This document shows positions 1-9,838 of a stretch of 64,000 bases of DNA, piece after piece. The stretch comes from a virus. Made by a program: the position numbers and the translations under genes. Position 1 is the first letter of the stretch. Each line of letters opens with the position of its first letter. The DNA lies in IMG/VR virus record IMGVR_UViG_3300037475_000240, positions 32,001 to 96,000 of that record. One strand, 5' to 3'. The notes under the pieces were generated by a model. That model did not search any database, was not told the origin of the DNA, and saw only the letters and a list, made by a program, of their open reading frames with translations.

Positions 1-339
1 AATAAAATCATTGAAAGATTTTTTAGATTGTTGTACTGGCTGAGCTGCCTCTTGATGTACTACATCTTTGTTTTTTAATGACATAGTGGCAGAATTGGCA
101 TCATGCATAACAGATTCAGCAAGATCTTGCATAGCAAGTTGCATCTCTCTAACAGCAGGATTAGATGGTCCTTTTACTGGACCCCTAACAGATGGCTTTG
201 CATCAGTTGGTGTATTTTTATGAAAGAATGAGTTTTGTGGTGGAACTATTCCAGCAGCTGGTGCAGTTGGAGCTTTAGATCCAGGTACTGCCGCCAATTT
301 CTCAATTTCTTCTTTCAAATTCTTTAAGTTATTTGTCAT
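1..339 (-). CDS. hypothetical virion-module protein, N-terminal part (runs off window start)
   Basis: Not in ORF track. ATG at 339 just after the stop of the upstream gene; open to base 1: MTNNLKNLKEEIEKLAAVPGSKAPTAPAAG... Confidence 0.75.
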   Translation of the reverse strand, partial: MTNNLKNLKEEIEKLAAVPGSKAPTAPAAGIVPPQNSFFHKNTPTDAKPSVRGPVKGPSNPAVREMQLAMQDLAESVMHDANSATMSLKNKDVVHQEAAQPVQQSKKSFNDFI

Positions 340-340
340 A

Positions 341-1462
341 TTAACCTAACCAAGCTTTAAAACCAGCAAATGAGTCATCACTACCATCAGGATCTTTTGC
401 GGTCTCAACTCCCTTTAATCTTGTAATGAAAACTTCAGCATTGCTTAGCTTTTGTTCATCATTTTCCATTCTATCAAAATTATCTTTAACAAATTTAATT
501 TCATTTGCTTTTTTATCAATCCACTTTAAGCCTTCAGCTTTATCTGCTTGCGATTTTGCTAAAATTGGAACTCTGGCGCGCCATGCTGACAAGATGTCAT
601 TTAGTCTTTTATATTCAATGTTAAATTGATCTATTAAACTAGTAGAAGCGGCTGGAGCAGGAGCCTTTAAAGCTTTTAATGCACTAGAAGTAAATCTCTT
701 TAAATTATTAAAATGAGGAAGCATACCTTCCCAAGTTACTTCATCAACACCACCAAGTAATGTTCCTAACATACCTGATTTTAAATCACTCATTGATTTA
801 TCTGCAAGAGTTAAAACGTATTTTAAATTATCTTCGCTTGGATCATTTTGAGCTTCAGTTACTGCAGGTAATAATTTTTGCGTAGCCTGAGATCTCGGTC
901 TTTCGATCCAACTAATATCATTAAACTTAGCACTAATATTAGTTGCAGCTTTTAACATTTCTTGTAAAGAAGTTTTTAAATCTACTTGTTGTGCAACTAC
1001 ATTTTTAACTGCTTTTAAAATATCTAAACTTGTTGCAAGTTTACCTGTTGGTTTTTTATTTACAACATTAACCATTTTTAAATGTTGATCTAAAATTGTT
1101 TCAACAACAGCATCGCCTTCAATATCAGAAATCTTATGTGAACCATCTGGATGAGCCATATCAATGACATCTTCTCCAGTTTCACCATGAGCATCATAAA
1201 GATGTGCTGCTCGTTTATAATCAACAAATTTACCTTCTAATTCATTGGCTGCCTTTTCAAGACCCAATGTTCTTAGACCGGCACAAAGAGTAAGAACATT
1301 TTCCATTAAATTACCAGAAATAGTGTAATTTTGGTTTTTATTAATTGTTGAAGCTGTTTTAACCATTGAAGGCTCTTCTTTAATTAGACCCTTTTCATAC
1401 GCTACCTTTATAAGTGAACGTCCTATAGAAGAATCTTCAAGTTTAACATGTTTATAAGTCAT
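341..1462 (-). CDS. hypothetical virion (internal head?) protein
   Basis: 373 aa, GAGG RBS; carries VKTA/YKRA motifs and a helical LCAGLRTLGLEKAANEL motif shared with neighbours. Confidence 0.7.
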   Translation of the reverse strand: MTYKHVKLEDSSIGRSLIKVAYEKGLIKEEPSMVKTASTINKNQNYTISGNLMENVLTLCAGLRTLGLEKAANELEGKFVDYKRAAHLYDAHGETGEDVIDMAHPDGSHKISDIEGDAVVETILDQHLKMVNVVNKKPTGKLATSLDILKAVKNVVAQQVDLKTSLQEMLKAATNISAKFNDISWIERPRSQATQKLLPAVTEAQNDPSEDNLKYVLTLADKSMSDLKSGMLGTLLGGVDEVTWEGMLPHFNNLKRFTSSALKALKAPAPAASTSLIDQFNIEYKRLNDILSAWRARVPILAKSQADKAEGLKWIDKKANEIKFVKDNFDRMENDEQKLSNAEVFITRLKGVETAKDPDGSDDSFAGFKAWLG

Positions 1463-1490
1463 TTTGCCTCAAAATTATATTACCCATAAT

Positions 1491-1504
1491 AATGCGATAT
1501 TATA
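1491..1504 (-). promoter_or_regulatory. candidate late promoter motif (TATAATATCGCATT)
   Basis: Matches the xATAwwwwwGCATw element also found upstream of 13300, 17136, 18769, 47075 and 60675. Confidence 0.4.
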
Positions 1505-1542
1505 GAAAGCTTACTATAAATAAAAAAATATGCCGTAAAGCA

Positions 1543-2453
1543 TTATTTATTAATATTCTCATTTCTAATACGCTTAATAACCTTTTCAGTATATCCAAAT
1601 TCTCTTGATAAACTTTTAATTGAACGAGATGTATCAAGAATAATTTTGATTTGGTCTTCAGAAAATTGTATTTTATTAGCTGGTGTTCTCCCCCTTAATT
1701 TAACTAAAACTTCTTCTGATGTTGATTTTCCTTTATTATGCGATGTTCTTGGCAATAATTCTAAACTATTAGTTCTAATTAATCGTAAACTATGTTTATT
1801 ACAATATCTAATTCCTTCTATGATATGATATGAATTACCTGTTCCTACAACATCACAACCAGGAGCAAAACATCTAATATCTTCTTTTAACATTCTTTCA
1901 GAATTACGAATTTCCCAAGCTTTTTTAATCCCCGTTGACATTTTTTGTCTTTGTTCCTCTGATATTATATTCCCTATATGAGCTTCAGACATATTATTTC
2001 TAATCTCATCAGTGTAATTTATAGGATTCTTTAGACGGGTTTCTCGCATTTGAGCGCGCTGTTCATCAGAACGCTTTTTACCAAGAGAAGGATGACCTTG
2101 TTCGGCAATTTGTTTAAACGTAGCTTTACTCATTTTCTCTCTAGTTTCTTCGGAAGGAGAAGAAACATTGCCGCCAGGCTGAATATTATATCCAAATTCT
2201 TTATTTCTACTATTATATTGGATAATTAAAATTTCTTCCGTATAATCAACATCTTCTTGTGTAATACAAGTAGCAATCACTTCATAAGTAAAATTATCTA
2301 CACCATATTTATTTATAGCTCGACTAATATATTGAGGGGATTTTCTGCTTTGGCTTTTGATTTATGTGCTCCCCAACGAGATTTATAATTTACTGTTTGA
2401 CCAATATAAATTTTGTTATTTAATATATTTGTAATTCTGTATAAGTAATACAT
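1543..2453 (-). pseudogene. GIY-YIG homing endonuclease with NUMOD3-like repeats, frameshifted (or sequencing indel)
   Basis: ATG at 2453 gives MYYLYRITNILNNKIYIGQT..RWGAH; the frame changes at the G4 run 2336-2339 into QYISRAINKYGVDNF and continues as ORF 1543..2280 (GYNIQPGG, SEETREKMS). Confidence 0.8.
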
Positions 2454-2460
2454 ACTTACA

Positions 2461-2469
2461 ATTATATCA
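2461..2469 (-). promoter_or_regulatory. extended -10 promoter TGATATAAT, 7 nt before ATG (predicted leaderless)
   Basis: Minus strand GTGATATAAT-TGTAAGT-ATG; perfect TGnTATAAT. Confidence 0.6.
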
Positions 2470-2526
2470 CAACTTAAATATTTTTATTAAGAAAACTTAA
2501 AACATCAATGATTTCAATGACTTCCC

Positions 2527-3216
2527 TTAATACCACATAACTTCTAAATTTACATTCATCGGAGTTGGAGGAGCAGTAACCATTCCTACAGCTGGATGAG
2601 ATGCGCTTGGTTTTCTAGTAGTTAAGAATCCAGTTTCACTAACAAATAAATTAGCTCTAACTGGATAAATTTGATTAGTTTCATATTGATCTGTTTGAAA
2701 AAACATTCTCTGAAACCATACGGTCATTCTTCCAGAACCAGAAACACTATCATCTCCAGGAATATTAGCTACATAATAAGTATAATTTACAATTGTTCTA
2801 ATTGCATTTGGAGTACCAGTTCCAGTTAAATCAAAATTTAATTGAGTACCAGCAACAAATGTAATAACTCCATTAACTGGATTAAGTTCAACACTAACTG
2901 TTGAAACAAAAGTATTGCTAAGAATATTCGGTTTTTTTAATTCCGCTTTAACATCAATTGGAGTTACTAATGTATTATTAGGTCCAGCCACACCCACAGC
3001 TGGTACAATAATTACTTCATTCCAAGAAATATTGGTAAAAGCTTTTGTTCTAATTTCATCAATAACACCAATAGGAGCAGTGCCATTACTGACAGTACCC
3101 ATTACTTGATTTCCAATAACAGTTAATTCGCAAATTTGACCTGGCTGAAATTCGGCGCTAGGATCACAAATAAAAGAAATTGGTAAACTATTACCGGGCT
3201 GAATTAAACGTAGCAT
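2527..3216 (-). CDS. putative virion structural protein (head decoration/cement-like, beta-rich)
   Basis: 229 aa rich in G/P/T/V beta-strands, downstream of the protease-scaffold, GAGG RBS. Confidence 0.55.
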   Translation of the reverse strand: MLRLIQPGNSLPISFICDPSAEFQPGQICELTVIGNQVMGTVSNGTAPIGVIDEIRTKAFTNISWNEVIIVPAVGVAGPNNTLVTPIDVKAELKKPNILSNTFVSTVSVELNPVNGVITFVAGTQLNFDLTGTGTPNAIRTIVNYTYYVANIPGDDSVSGSGRMTVWFQRMFFQTDQYETNQIYPVRANLFVSETGFLTTRKPSASHPAVGMVTAPPTPMNVNLEVMWY

Positions 3217-3315
3217 TAAACCTCACGATTATACGAATTAAACCACAAAAAATATACTCTCTTAGTAATATATCTACTAAGTAAGCAAAATTCCAAGGCT
3301 TTATTAATATATAAT

Positions 3316-3732
3316 TTATACTTCGTCTTCAAAGTCCATATCAGAAAGAATTTCATCTTCTAATACTTCTAAGTCAGCATCATTAATATCTAAATTTAAT
3401 AAGTCATCAACTTGACCATCATCTGCCATATTAAATTCTGTTCCATGATCTAAAAGATTCTTTACCATTTTGTCTGGAGTTAATCCTTTAGTATGTCTAT
3501 CAAAAACTTTTGTAGGATTCTTTGGTTTTTTATGTTTAGCTATACTAGTTAATACATTAAGTACTTCATCAGCGTTCTTTATTAAACCCATATCTTCAAA
3601 AATTTCGGCTGCAGAATTTAAATATTCAACAGCCGTTTCTAGTTTGCTAGAAGCAGATTTAACCAGTGGTGAACTCAAAGATTGGTTCATGTTGATTAAA
3701 ATTTCCTCTTCAAACATCTTTTTATTAATCAT
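3316..3732 (-). CDS. hypothetical head protein (paralog of 3732..3953)
   Basis: KLETAVEYLNSAAEIFEDMG matches KLAKAADYLNSAASIFENAG of the adjacent gene. Confidence 0.7.
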   Translation of the reverse strand: MINKKMFEEEILINMNQSLSSPLVKSASSKLETAVEYLNSAAEIFEDMGLIKNADEVLNVLTSIAKHKKPKNPTKVFDRHTKGLTPDKMVKNLLDHGTEFNMADDGQVDDLLNLDINDADLEVLEDEILSDMDFEDEV

Positions 3733-3953
3733 TATTTGGAACTTAATTGATCTGCTAAGTCTTTTAAAACTTGAGTTATTTGGTCAGAAATTTCAGGCAT
3801 ACCTGCATTTTCAAAGATTGAAGCAGCAGAATTTAAGTAATCAGCAGCTTTGGCGAGTTTATTAAAGCCGTGAATTTTTTCAATTGAATTAGTTTTTAAT
3901 TCTTTTTCCATATCACTAACAATATCATTTTCAAAACTGCTGATTTTAAACAT
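3732..3953 (-). CDS. small hypothetical head protein
   Basis: 73 aa, AGGT RBS, translationally coupled to its paralog. Confidence 0.7.
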   Translation of the reverse strand: MFKISSFENDIVSDMEKELKTNSIEKIHGFNKLAKAADYLNSAASIFENAGMPEISDQITQVLKDLADQLSSK

Positions 3954-3975
3954 ATTACCTACTTATTTAAGAGAA

Positions 3976-4671
3976 TTATTTTTTAGCTTTGTCTTTAGCT
4001 GCTTTATCTTTAGCAGCCTTTTCTTTAGCGGCTTTTTCTTTCTCTTTTTCCTTCTCTTTTTCCTTAGCAAGCTTCTCTTTTTCTTTAGCAGCTTTTTCTT
4101 TCTCTTTATCTTTAGCTGCCTTATCTTTAGCAGATTGAGAATCCTTAGCAGCTTTCTCTTTTGCTTTTTCTTTAGCGGCTTTTTCTTTTTCCTTGGCAGC
4201 CTTCTCTTTATCTTTATCCTTATCTTTCTTCTTAGCTTCAACAACTAAAGAAGCAATCTTAAGGCTTAAAGCGGCAGTTTTTTCCATACCAAGATTATCT
4301 AAGGCGGCAGATGCAGTTAACAAGCTGTCAATAGCAACATCAAAGCCTGCAGAAGCATCTAAGTCATCAGCACTTGAAGAATCACTGTCACTTGAAGAAT
4401 CATCTTTTTCAAAATTATATTTCTTCTTTTTAGCATCATTATCATCAGCACTTGAAGAATCGCTGGAAGAAGATTCTTCCTCTTCTTTTTCTTTCTTCTT
4501 GCGTGCATCGTTATCATCTGCTAATGAACAATCCTCTTCTTTATGATCGGAAGCAAGCAACTCATCTGAAGCAGTCTTGTAATGAGTTCCGAATAGTGTA
4601 TTATGAGCTTCACTCTTTAATACTGCATCCATTGTTGCGGCAACAAAATCTGATACGCTGTTATTTTTCAT
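3976..4671 (-). CDS. hypothetical head protein with Ser/Asp tracts and Lys/Glu/Ala-rich repetitive tail
   Basis: 231 aa, GAGG RBS; DDNDA(R/K)KKK twice, SSSSDSSSADD tracts, (KAAKEKE)n tail. Confidence 0.75.
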   Translation of the reverse strand: MKNNSVSDFVAATMDAVLKSEAHNTLFGTHYKTASDELLASDHKEEDCSLADDNDARKKKEKEEEESSSSDSSSADDNDAKKKKYNFEKDDSSSDSDSSSADDLDASAGFDVAIDSLLTASAALDNLGMEKTAALSLKIASLVVEAKKKDKDKDKEKAAKEKEKAAKEKAKEKAAKDSQSAKDKAAKDKEKEKAAKEKEKLAKEKEKEKEKEKAAKEKAAKDKAAKDKAKK

Positions 4672-4684
4672 ATGTCCTCGTTAA

Positions 4685-7600
4685 TTAAAAGTTTCTTTTG
4701 TTAGAGGTGGAAAGTGCAGAAGATAATTGACTAAACAAGTCACCTTCATCAGCTGCAGTATTTACTTCACCAGAACCAATCATACCAACTTGAGGCATAC
4801 GACCGGCAGTTTTGACATTGTGTTTAGCTACTACTCTCTTAAGTGAATCAAAAGAGTTATCATTAAAGTTCATTATTTCTTCGACTTGAGCATCAACAGA
4901 AGCTCTGTCATCTAAACATAAACCACGAGCAACCATGTCATAAGCTAATCCATAAGCTCTACCTAATTTGACTTTATAGGTATTAAGCTCTTGTTCTAAG
5001 GCAGCTTTAGTGTGCTCTTTAACAAGTTCACTTGCAAACTCAGAACCACCATCAACTTGACTGTAGAATTTCTTGTAATAAGAAACTGCATCTTTATCCA
5101 AACCTTCAGCAACAAGTGCATCTAAGTCTGTTACATCCAATTTGCCTTCAGAAACTAATTTGTGAATAGCTTCAGCTTCTTTACGAACCTTTGGAGGAGC
5201 ATTAGCTAAGTCCATCATAGCATCATGAATCTCTTCAAGATCTTCAACTTTAGCTAAATCACCAGTTGGCTTGACATCAAGTTGTGTGGTGAAACCGCCC
5301 TTTGGATGAGCATCATGTAGAAGTGGGCTCACTTTAAGAGTATCAGCAGCTAATTTGGCACGAAGAACAGCGCGTCCCTCTTTACTGTCAAAATCAGCGG
5401 AAGCTACTACGTGAACTTCAGTCCCTGGCTTAACTTCAAGGTTCTTAAGTTCTTCTGGTTTTGCATCTAAATCATTATCATCTGATAATTCTTCTAATTC
5501 ATCAAGAGCAGACTCATCTTCAAGTGCTCCATCAACATCGCAGTCCTCATCAAGCATATCTTTTGCTGCATCTAAGTCAGCATTAGTGTCTTGGATAAGA
5601 CTCATTAAATCGTCACTTGAGTGACTATCATGTTCATCGTTCATAGAATCTCCCTCGGCTAATGCCTCAAGTTCAGCCTCAAATTGTGCACGCTTGACAA
5701 TAGCTTTAGTTCCACGAGCATATTTGACAAATGCACTTAGTAAATTAAATCCTTCTCCAACAGCAGTCTTGGCTTCCTTAATAACATCATCAGATACTGC
5801 TGCAACTAAATCAGCATTAGAAGCAGAAACTGCATCTTTATCATATAATCCTGTAATAAGATTAAGCTCTTCTTGATGTTGATCTAATTCAGCAATTACT
5901 TCTTTCATTGCAGTTGTTAATGCAGAATTAAGTTCTTTTCTAATTGTAGTTAATGATCCTGAAGCTGCTGTAGCCATTCCATTATCTACATCACCCATCT
6001 CAGCTTGTTCGCCAGTTAAGGCTCTAACTGCCTCAACTAAATCAGAACTTAAATCTCTTACTTTTTCAGAAAGTTCAGTTACGTTAGCTTTTGGATCGCC
6101 TTCTGCACCTGTATCTTCAGCTGGAGCTGCCCCCATATCTGGTGACGCTGGAGCTGGTTCTGCTGCTGGTTCAGCGGCAGGAGGTGGCATCTCTTGAGCA
6201 CTCTTAACTAAGCTACGTACTTTATCAGCACCTTGTACTTTAATTTTTTCAATTAACTTAGATCCGAATTCTTTGGTTGCAATACTGTCATACAACATTT
6301 CTGCACGTTGACCAGAAAGATCATTAACAGAAGCTGTTAACAAAAGTTTGTCACCCAAGAATACTTCCCACGCACTTTTACCAATATTTTGTGTACCATC
6401 AGCATTAGCGGCTTTAACAAATCTAGCTCTTAAAGATGCTCTTTGTAGTAATTCTTTACGTTTCTTTTCATCAGCAATATCAGCTGAATCTGGACTTGGA
6501 TGCAATCCATCAACAGATCCAACACCTGGGAATGGTTTTTGACCAACCATGTGTTTATCTTCGTGATCGCGAAGTTGATCATTCAATTTCTCAGCCGGAT
6601 ATTTTACTTTACCTGGAGTTGGCTCATTAACACCGCCACCACCTTGAAAATAAGCTTCTTTGCTCTTAAGAGCATCTTTAGCTAAACCAAGAATAGCTGT
6701 GCGACGCATAGCTCTCTCTTCGGAAGTTGCACGAGCTAACATTTTTTTGCGCTCTAACTCAGACATAGGAACGGAATCAACGCCTGGGTGCATTCCATCA
6801 ACAGGACCCATATCTTGAGCCTGCATATGTTTATCCTCATGATCACGAACTTTTTCGTTCATTGGATCTGCTGGATATTGTTTTTGGCCGGGTTTTGGCT
6901 CTTCGGTACCTTGGAAATAACCCTTTTTATTAAGTTCTGTTCCTGACATATTTTCCTCTTGTGTGTTTGAATTATTTGCTAACTTATCTAAACTTACCTT
7001 CATTTGACTCAACTTTTCTTCAATCACCTTAGTTACATCACGAAGTTCTTGAATAGATTCTGTTTCTAAGTTAGCAGAAGCGTATCTTTCGTGTGGTGGA
7101 GCCAATCCTGAATCTGTGTTTGGGTCTGCGGAATTTTCCATCGCAATAGAACCCGACGATTGATTAAATGCAAGATCATTAGTATCTTTTTCAGAAATAT
7201 TTGCAGAGGCTTGAATCTCTTGTAACTTCTGAAAAGCATCTTCCATATCAATCTTAAATTTATTTAAATCTGAAGCATCAATAGTAATTTCTGAAACCTT
7301 ATTATCTTTGCCAGCTCCATCACTAACTGTAATTTTGCCACAAAAATGCTGTTCTGAAATCTTTTTTAATTCATTAGATTTACTTTCTACATATGAATTA
7401 AGAGTATTTGCTGCTGCAATAATGTGCTTAATATTAGCTTTTGGATCTGCCCCATTTACAACAATAGATAATTCTATTGGATTTAAATCTACGTTAATTT
7501 CACCATAACCAGATTTTCTTCTCATATGGTCACAGAAATCTTGTTCTGTTTTAGCAACAACAGCACAATCACTACAAATTGCTTTGCCAACAGCTGTACC

Positions 7601-8152
7601 CATTGATACACAGTTAGAAACACCAGTAGATACTTGTCTTGCTAATTGAGGATATCCTGCTTTATCTAAAGCACATAAAGCAATAACTCTCTTTAAATTA
7701 CGATCATAATATGTATCAACAATAAAACCTCTTACGTGGTCTACTGAACTTGATTTATGATCCACACAAAGAGGCTTTCCTACCCATTTTTTATAAGCTT
7801 TTACTAATTCTTCTTCCGGAAAAATATCTCCATTAGAATTTCTATAAGGTTTAACAGAACTATCAGTTGTTGTCCAGCGCCAAGTTCCACCAGATTTATT
7901 CCAACCTACTTGAACTGGTTCACCTTTTACAGTGAGACGTGGAGTTCCATCATCATTAAGAGCAGCTGCTTCAGCAGCATGCATCATAACAGCAGAGAAA
8001 TATAAAAAGTCTTCTGCTTTTGGTGCTATTTTCTTAAGATTAGTAGCAAATTTTCTAAAATTATCTAATATTTCCGGACTAACAGCTGGAAGACAGGAGT
8101 CTGTATTCTCTACTCTGCTAATCTCTATTAATTCACCAAGTTTAACAAACAT
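4685..8152 (-). CDS. prohead maturation protease fused to scaffolding protein
   Basis: N-terminal NSNGDIF..ELVKAYKKWVGKPLCVDH..RGFIVD..VSMG..CSDC..HM..EIN..ELSIVVNGADPKA fits a phage prohead-protease domain; long acidic coiled-coil C-terminal part; lies near portal and terminase. Confidence 0.75.
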   Translation of the reverse strand: MFVKLGELIEISRVENTDSCLPAVSPEILDNFRKFATNLKKIAPKAEDFLYFSAVMMHAAEAAALNDDGTPRLTVKGEPVQVGWNKSGGTWRWTTTDSSVKPYRNSNGDIFPEEELVKAYKKWVGKPLCVDHKSSSVDHVRGFIVDTYYDRNLKRVIALCALDKAGYPQLARQVSTGVSNCVSMGTAVGKAICSDCAVVAKTEQDFCDHMRRKSGYGEINVDLNPIELSIVVNGADPKANIKHIIAAANTLNSYVESKSNELKKISEQHFCGKITVSDGAGKDNKVSEITIDASDLNKFKIDMEDAFQKLQEIQASANISEKDTNDLAFNQSSGSIAMENSADPNTDSGLAPPHERYASANLETESIQELRDVTKVIEEKLSQMKVSLDKLANNSNTQEENMSGTELNKKGYFQGTEEPKPGQKQYPADPMNEKVRDHEDKHMQAQDMGPVDGMHPGVDSVPMSELERKKMLARATSEERAMRRTAILGLAKDALKSKEAYFQGGGGVNEPTPGKVKYPAEKLNDQLRDHEDKHMVGQKPFPGVGSVDGLHPSPDSADIADEKKRKELLQRASLRARFVKAANADGTQNIGKSAWEVFLGDKLLLTASVNDLSGQRAEMLYDSIATKEFGSKLIEKIKVQGADKVRSLVKSAQEMPPPAAEPAAEPAPASPDMGAAPAEDTGAEGDPKANVTELSEKVRDLSSDLVEAVRALTGEQAEMGDVDNGMATAASGSLTTIRKELNSALTTAMKEVIAELDQHQEELNLITGLYDKDAVSASNADLVAAVSDDVIKEAKTAVGEGFNLLSAFVKYARGTKAIVKRAQFEAELEALAEGDSMNDEHDSHSSDDLMSLIQDTNADLDAAKDMLDEDCDVDGALEDESALDELEELSDDNDLDAKPEELKNLEVKPGTEVHVVASADFDSKEGRAVLRAKLAADTLKVSPLLHDAHPKGGFTTQLDVKPTGDLAKVEDLEEIHDAMMDLANAPPKVRKEAEAIHKLVSEGKLDVTDLDALVAEGLDKDAVSYYKKFYSQVDGGSEFASELVKEHTKAALEQELNTYKVKLGRAYGLAYDMVARGLCLDDRASVDAQVEEIMNFNDNSFDSLKRVVAKHNVKTAGRMPQVGMIGSGEVNTAADEGDLFSQLSSALSTSNKRNF
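6437..6930 (-). repeat. tandem ~70-aa internal duplication in the scaffold region
   Basis: YFQG..EP.PG...YPA...N...RDHEDKHM....G.VDG.HP..DS.....RK..L.RA occurs twice. Confidence 0.85.
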
Positions 8153-8310
8153 TAATTACTCCCAGCGTCCTGTTTATCAGTTTCGTCTGTTTTTGATTGC
8201 TTCATTTTGCTTGCAGATATATTTTTAGCGGCTTTTTTCTGCTCATCAGTAAGCTCTTCTGTTTCTACAACAGCTACTATTTTTCCATCACCATGCTTTA
8301 TAAAAGCCAT
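8152..8310 (-). CDS. small hypothetical protein
   Basis: Likely start MAFIKHGDGK at 8310 (AGGA RBS); stop overlaps the protease start. Confidence 0.65.
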   Translation of the reverse strand: MAFIKHGDGKIVAVVETEELTDEQKKAAKNISASKMKQSKTDETDKQDAGSN

Positions 8311-8436
8311 ATTTTTGTTCCTAATAGGAGACCACAACTTGTTATTTATTATAATGAATTATTACCACAATTTATCCACTGAATGGATTAAACAGTAACT
8401 ATATATTTAATTATTACCATTTAATGATGTCAAAAT

Positions 8437-9090
8437 TCACTCACCAAGCTGTGACTTCTCCTTTATTATATCGTTTAATTGATTTTGTCTTTTATTAAAC
8501 AAGTCTAAAATCAATGGAGTCTTTTTTTCTATCTTCATTTGAATTTCATCTCCAACAGTATCAACCCAACTAGTGGCTAAAATATTGTTTTGAATATGTC
8601 TTTTAATTCTTTCTTCAACAATTTCTTCAATATCATGACATTCAGATTGAATATCTTCAATATTTTTAACTATATTTGGAGCAAAATCTTTTGATTCTAA
8701 ATCATTAAATAAATCACTAAATTTATTTACATTATATTCTAAATCATCTATTGATGCAATGAAAGATTTAATTAATTTTACGGTTTGAGTATCAAAGGAG
8801 AAACTCTGCATAGCATTAACGCATTTAAATGCTGCTTTTTTAAATTCATTAAAATTTTCAATAGATTTATCTCTAAATCTTCTAAGAGCAGCACGTGCTT
8901 TCATTACATCATCTTCACTCATTCCAGGATTATCCTTGAAAGGAGTTTTCATGATATCTAAATGATCGGCTGATAAATGAAGTAATTTCAAAGAATGATT
9001 AAAAAATACAAGCGCACGGGATGCTTGGATTTTCTCCACATCCGAAACTTCATATGTCATATTGACTATATATGCTTTTTTCTTAATCAT
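8437..9090 (-). CDS. hypothetical helical virion-module protein
   Basis: 217 aa, begins MIKKKA|Y; overlaps the phosphatase stop. Confidence 0.65.
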   Translation of the reverse strand: MIKKKAYIVNMTYEVSDVEKIQASRALVFFNHSLKLLHLSADHLDIMKTPFKDNPGMSEDDVMKARAALRRFRDKSIENFNEFKKAAFKCVNAMQSFSFDTQTVKLIKSFIASIDDLEYNVNKFSDLFNDLESKDFAPNIVKNIEDIQSECHDIEEIVEERIKRHIQNNILATSWVDTVGDEIQMKIEKKTPLILDLFNKRQNQLNDIIKEKSQLGE

Positions 9091-9838
9091 GGATAAATCC
9101 GCCTACACTTTCACTTGGACCAGCACCAGCAATACCAGCACTATTATCATATTGTCCTACTTGAGGTATATGAGAAGTCACTAAAGAATGTTCTTTTATT
9201 GGTTTATCCATATAATTTTCACGAGTTGGACTTTGATTATTTATAGTACTATAAACTGGATCGTCCCGATCCATTAAATTTTTGCCCATATAAGCTTCAA
9301 AAGATGATCTATTAGCTTCATCTAAAAATGAATCTCTACTGTCTCCAGTATATTCTCTTTCATTAGAAACTATATCTGCATTATTATTATCTGTATTAGG
9401 TTTCGATGCCCTAATTAATTTTTCAAAAATATTAATATATTTAGGATCTACTCCAACACCAAACCCCAGCATTTTGGCTTCTTTAATAGCTTCTTCGGGA
9501 TCTTTACCTTTATATTTACATTCATATAAAGCTACTACAAGACCCGTTCTATCTTTTCCATGCCAACAATGAATAAATGTTGGTCCACCATTGATTAATA
9601 AGTCTTTTAAATCATAAGACATTAAATTAATTAATGATTGCATTGTGCCATCTAAAGGAATTACTACTTGTTTAATATTTAGTAATTTACAGGTATTTGC
9701 AATTTGATCTGCAGCTGCCTGATCTAAACTAACAATTTTATTAATACCATATTTTTCTTTTAGATATTGAACGTCTTTAGGACTTGGCGCCGATCCTCTG
9801 TATAATCCATTGTCCACTTGAATGAACTTGGAAATCAT
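9083..9838 (-). CDS. protein tyrosine / dual-specificity phosphatase family protein
   Basis: LYRGSAP near the N-terminus, active-site loop FIHCWHGKDRTG (HCX5R); ~100-aa low-complexity C-terminal extension. Confidence 0.85.
   Translation of the reverse strand: MISKFIQVDNGLYRGSAPSPKDVQYLKEKYGINKIVSLDQAAADQIANTCKLLNIKQVVIPLDGTMQSLINLMSYDLKDLLINGGPTFIHCWHGKDRTGLVVALYECKYKGKDPEEAIKEAKMLGFGVGVDPKYINIFEKLIRASKPNTDNNNADIVSNEREYTGDSRDSFLDEANRSSFEAYMGKNLMDRDDPVYSTINNQSPTRENYMDKPIKEHSLVTSHIPQVGQYDNSAGIAGAGPSESVGGFIHD

Noticed and set aside
3963-4244. 93-aa extremely K/R-rich ORF
   Set aside because: Alternative-frame shadow of the repetitive KAAKEKE tail of 3976..4671; no RBS.
6640-6925. YFQG twice, resembling the TEV site ENLYFQ/G
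   Set aside because: The upstream residues do not match, and the repeat is explained by the internal duplication; K-x-A/G directly before it is the better cleavage candidate.
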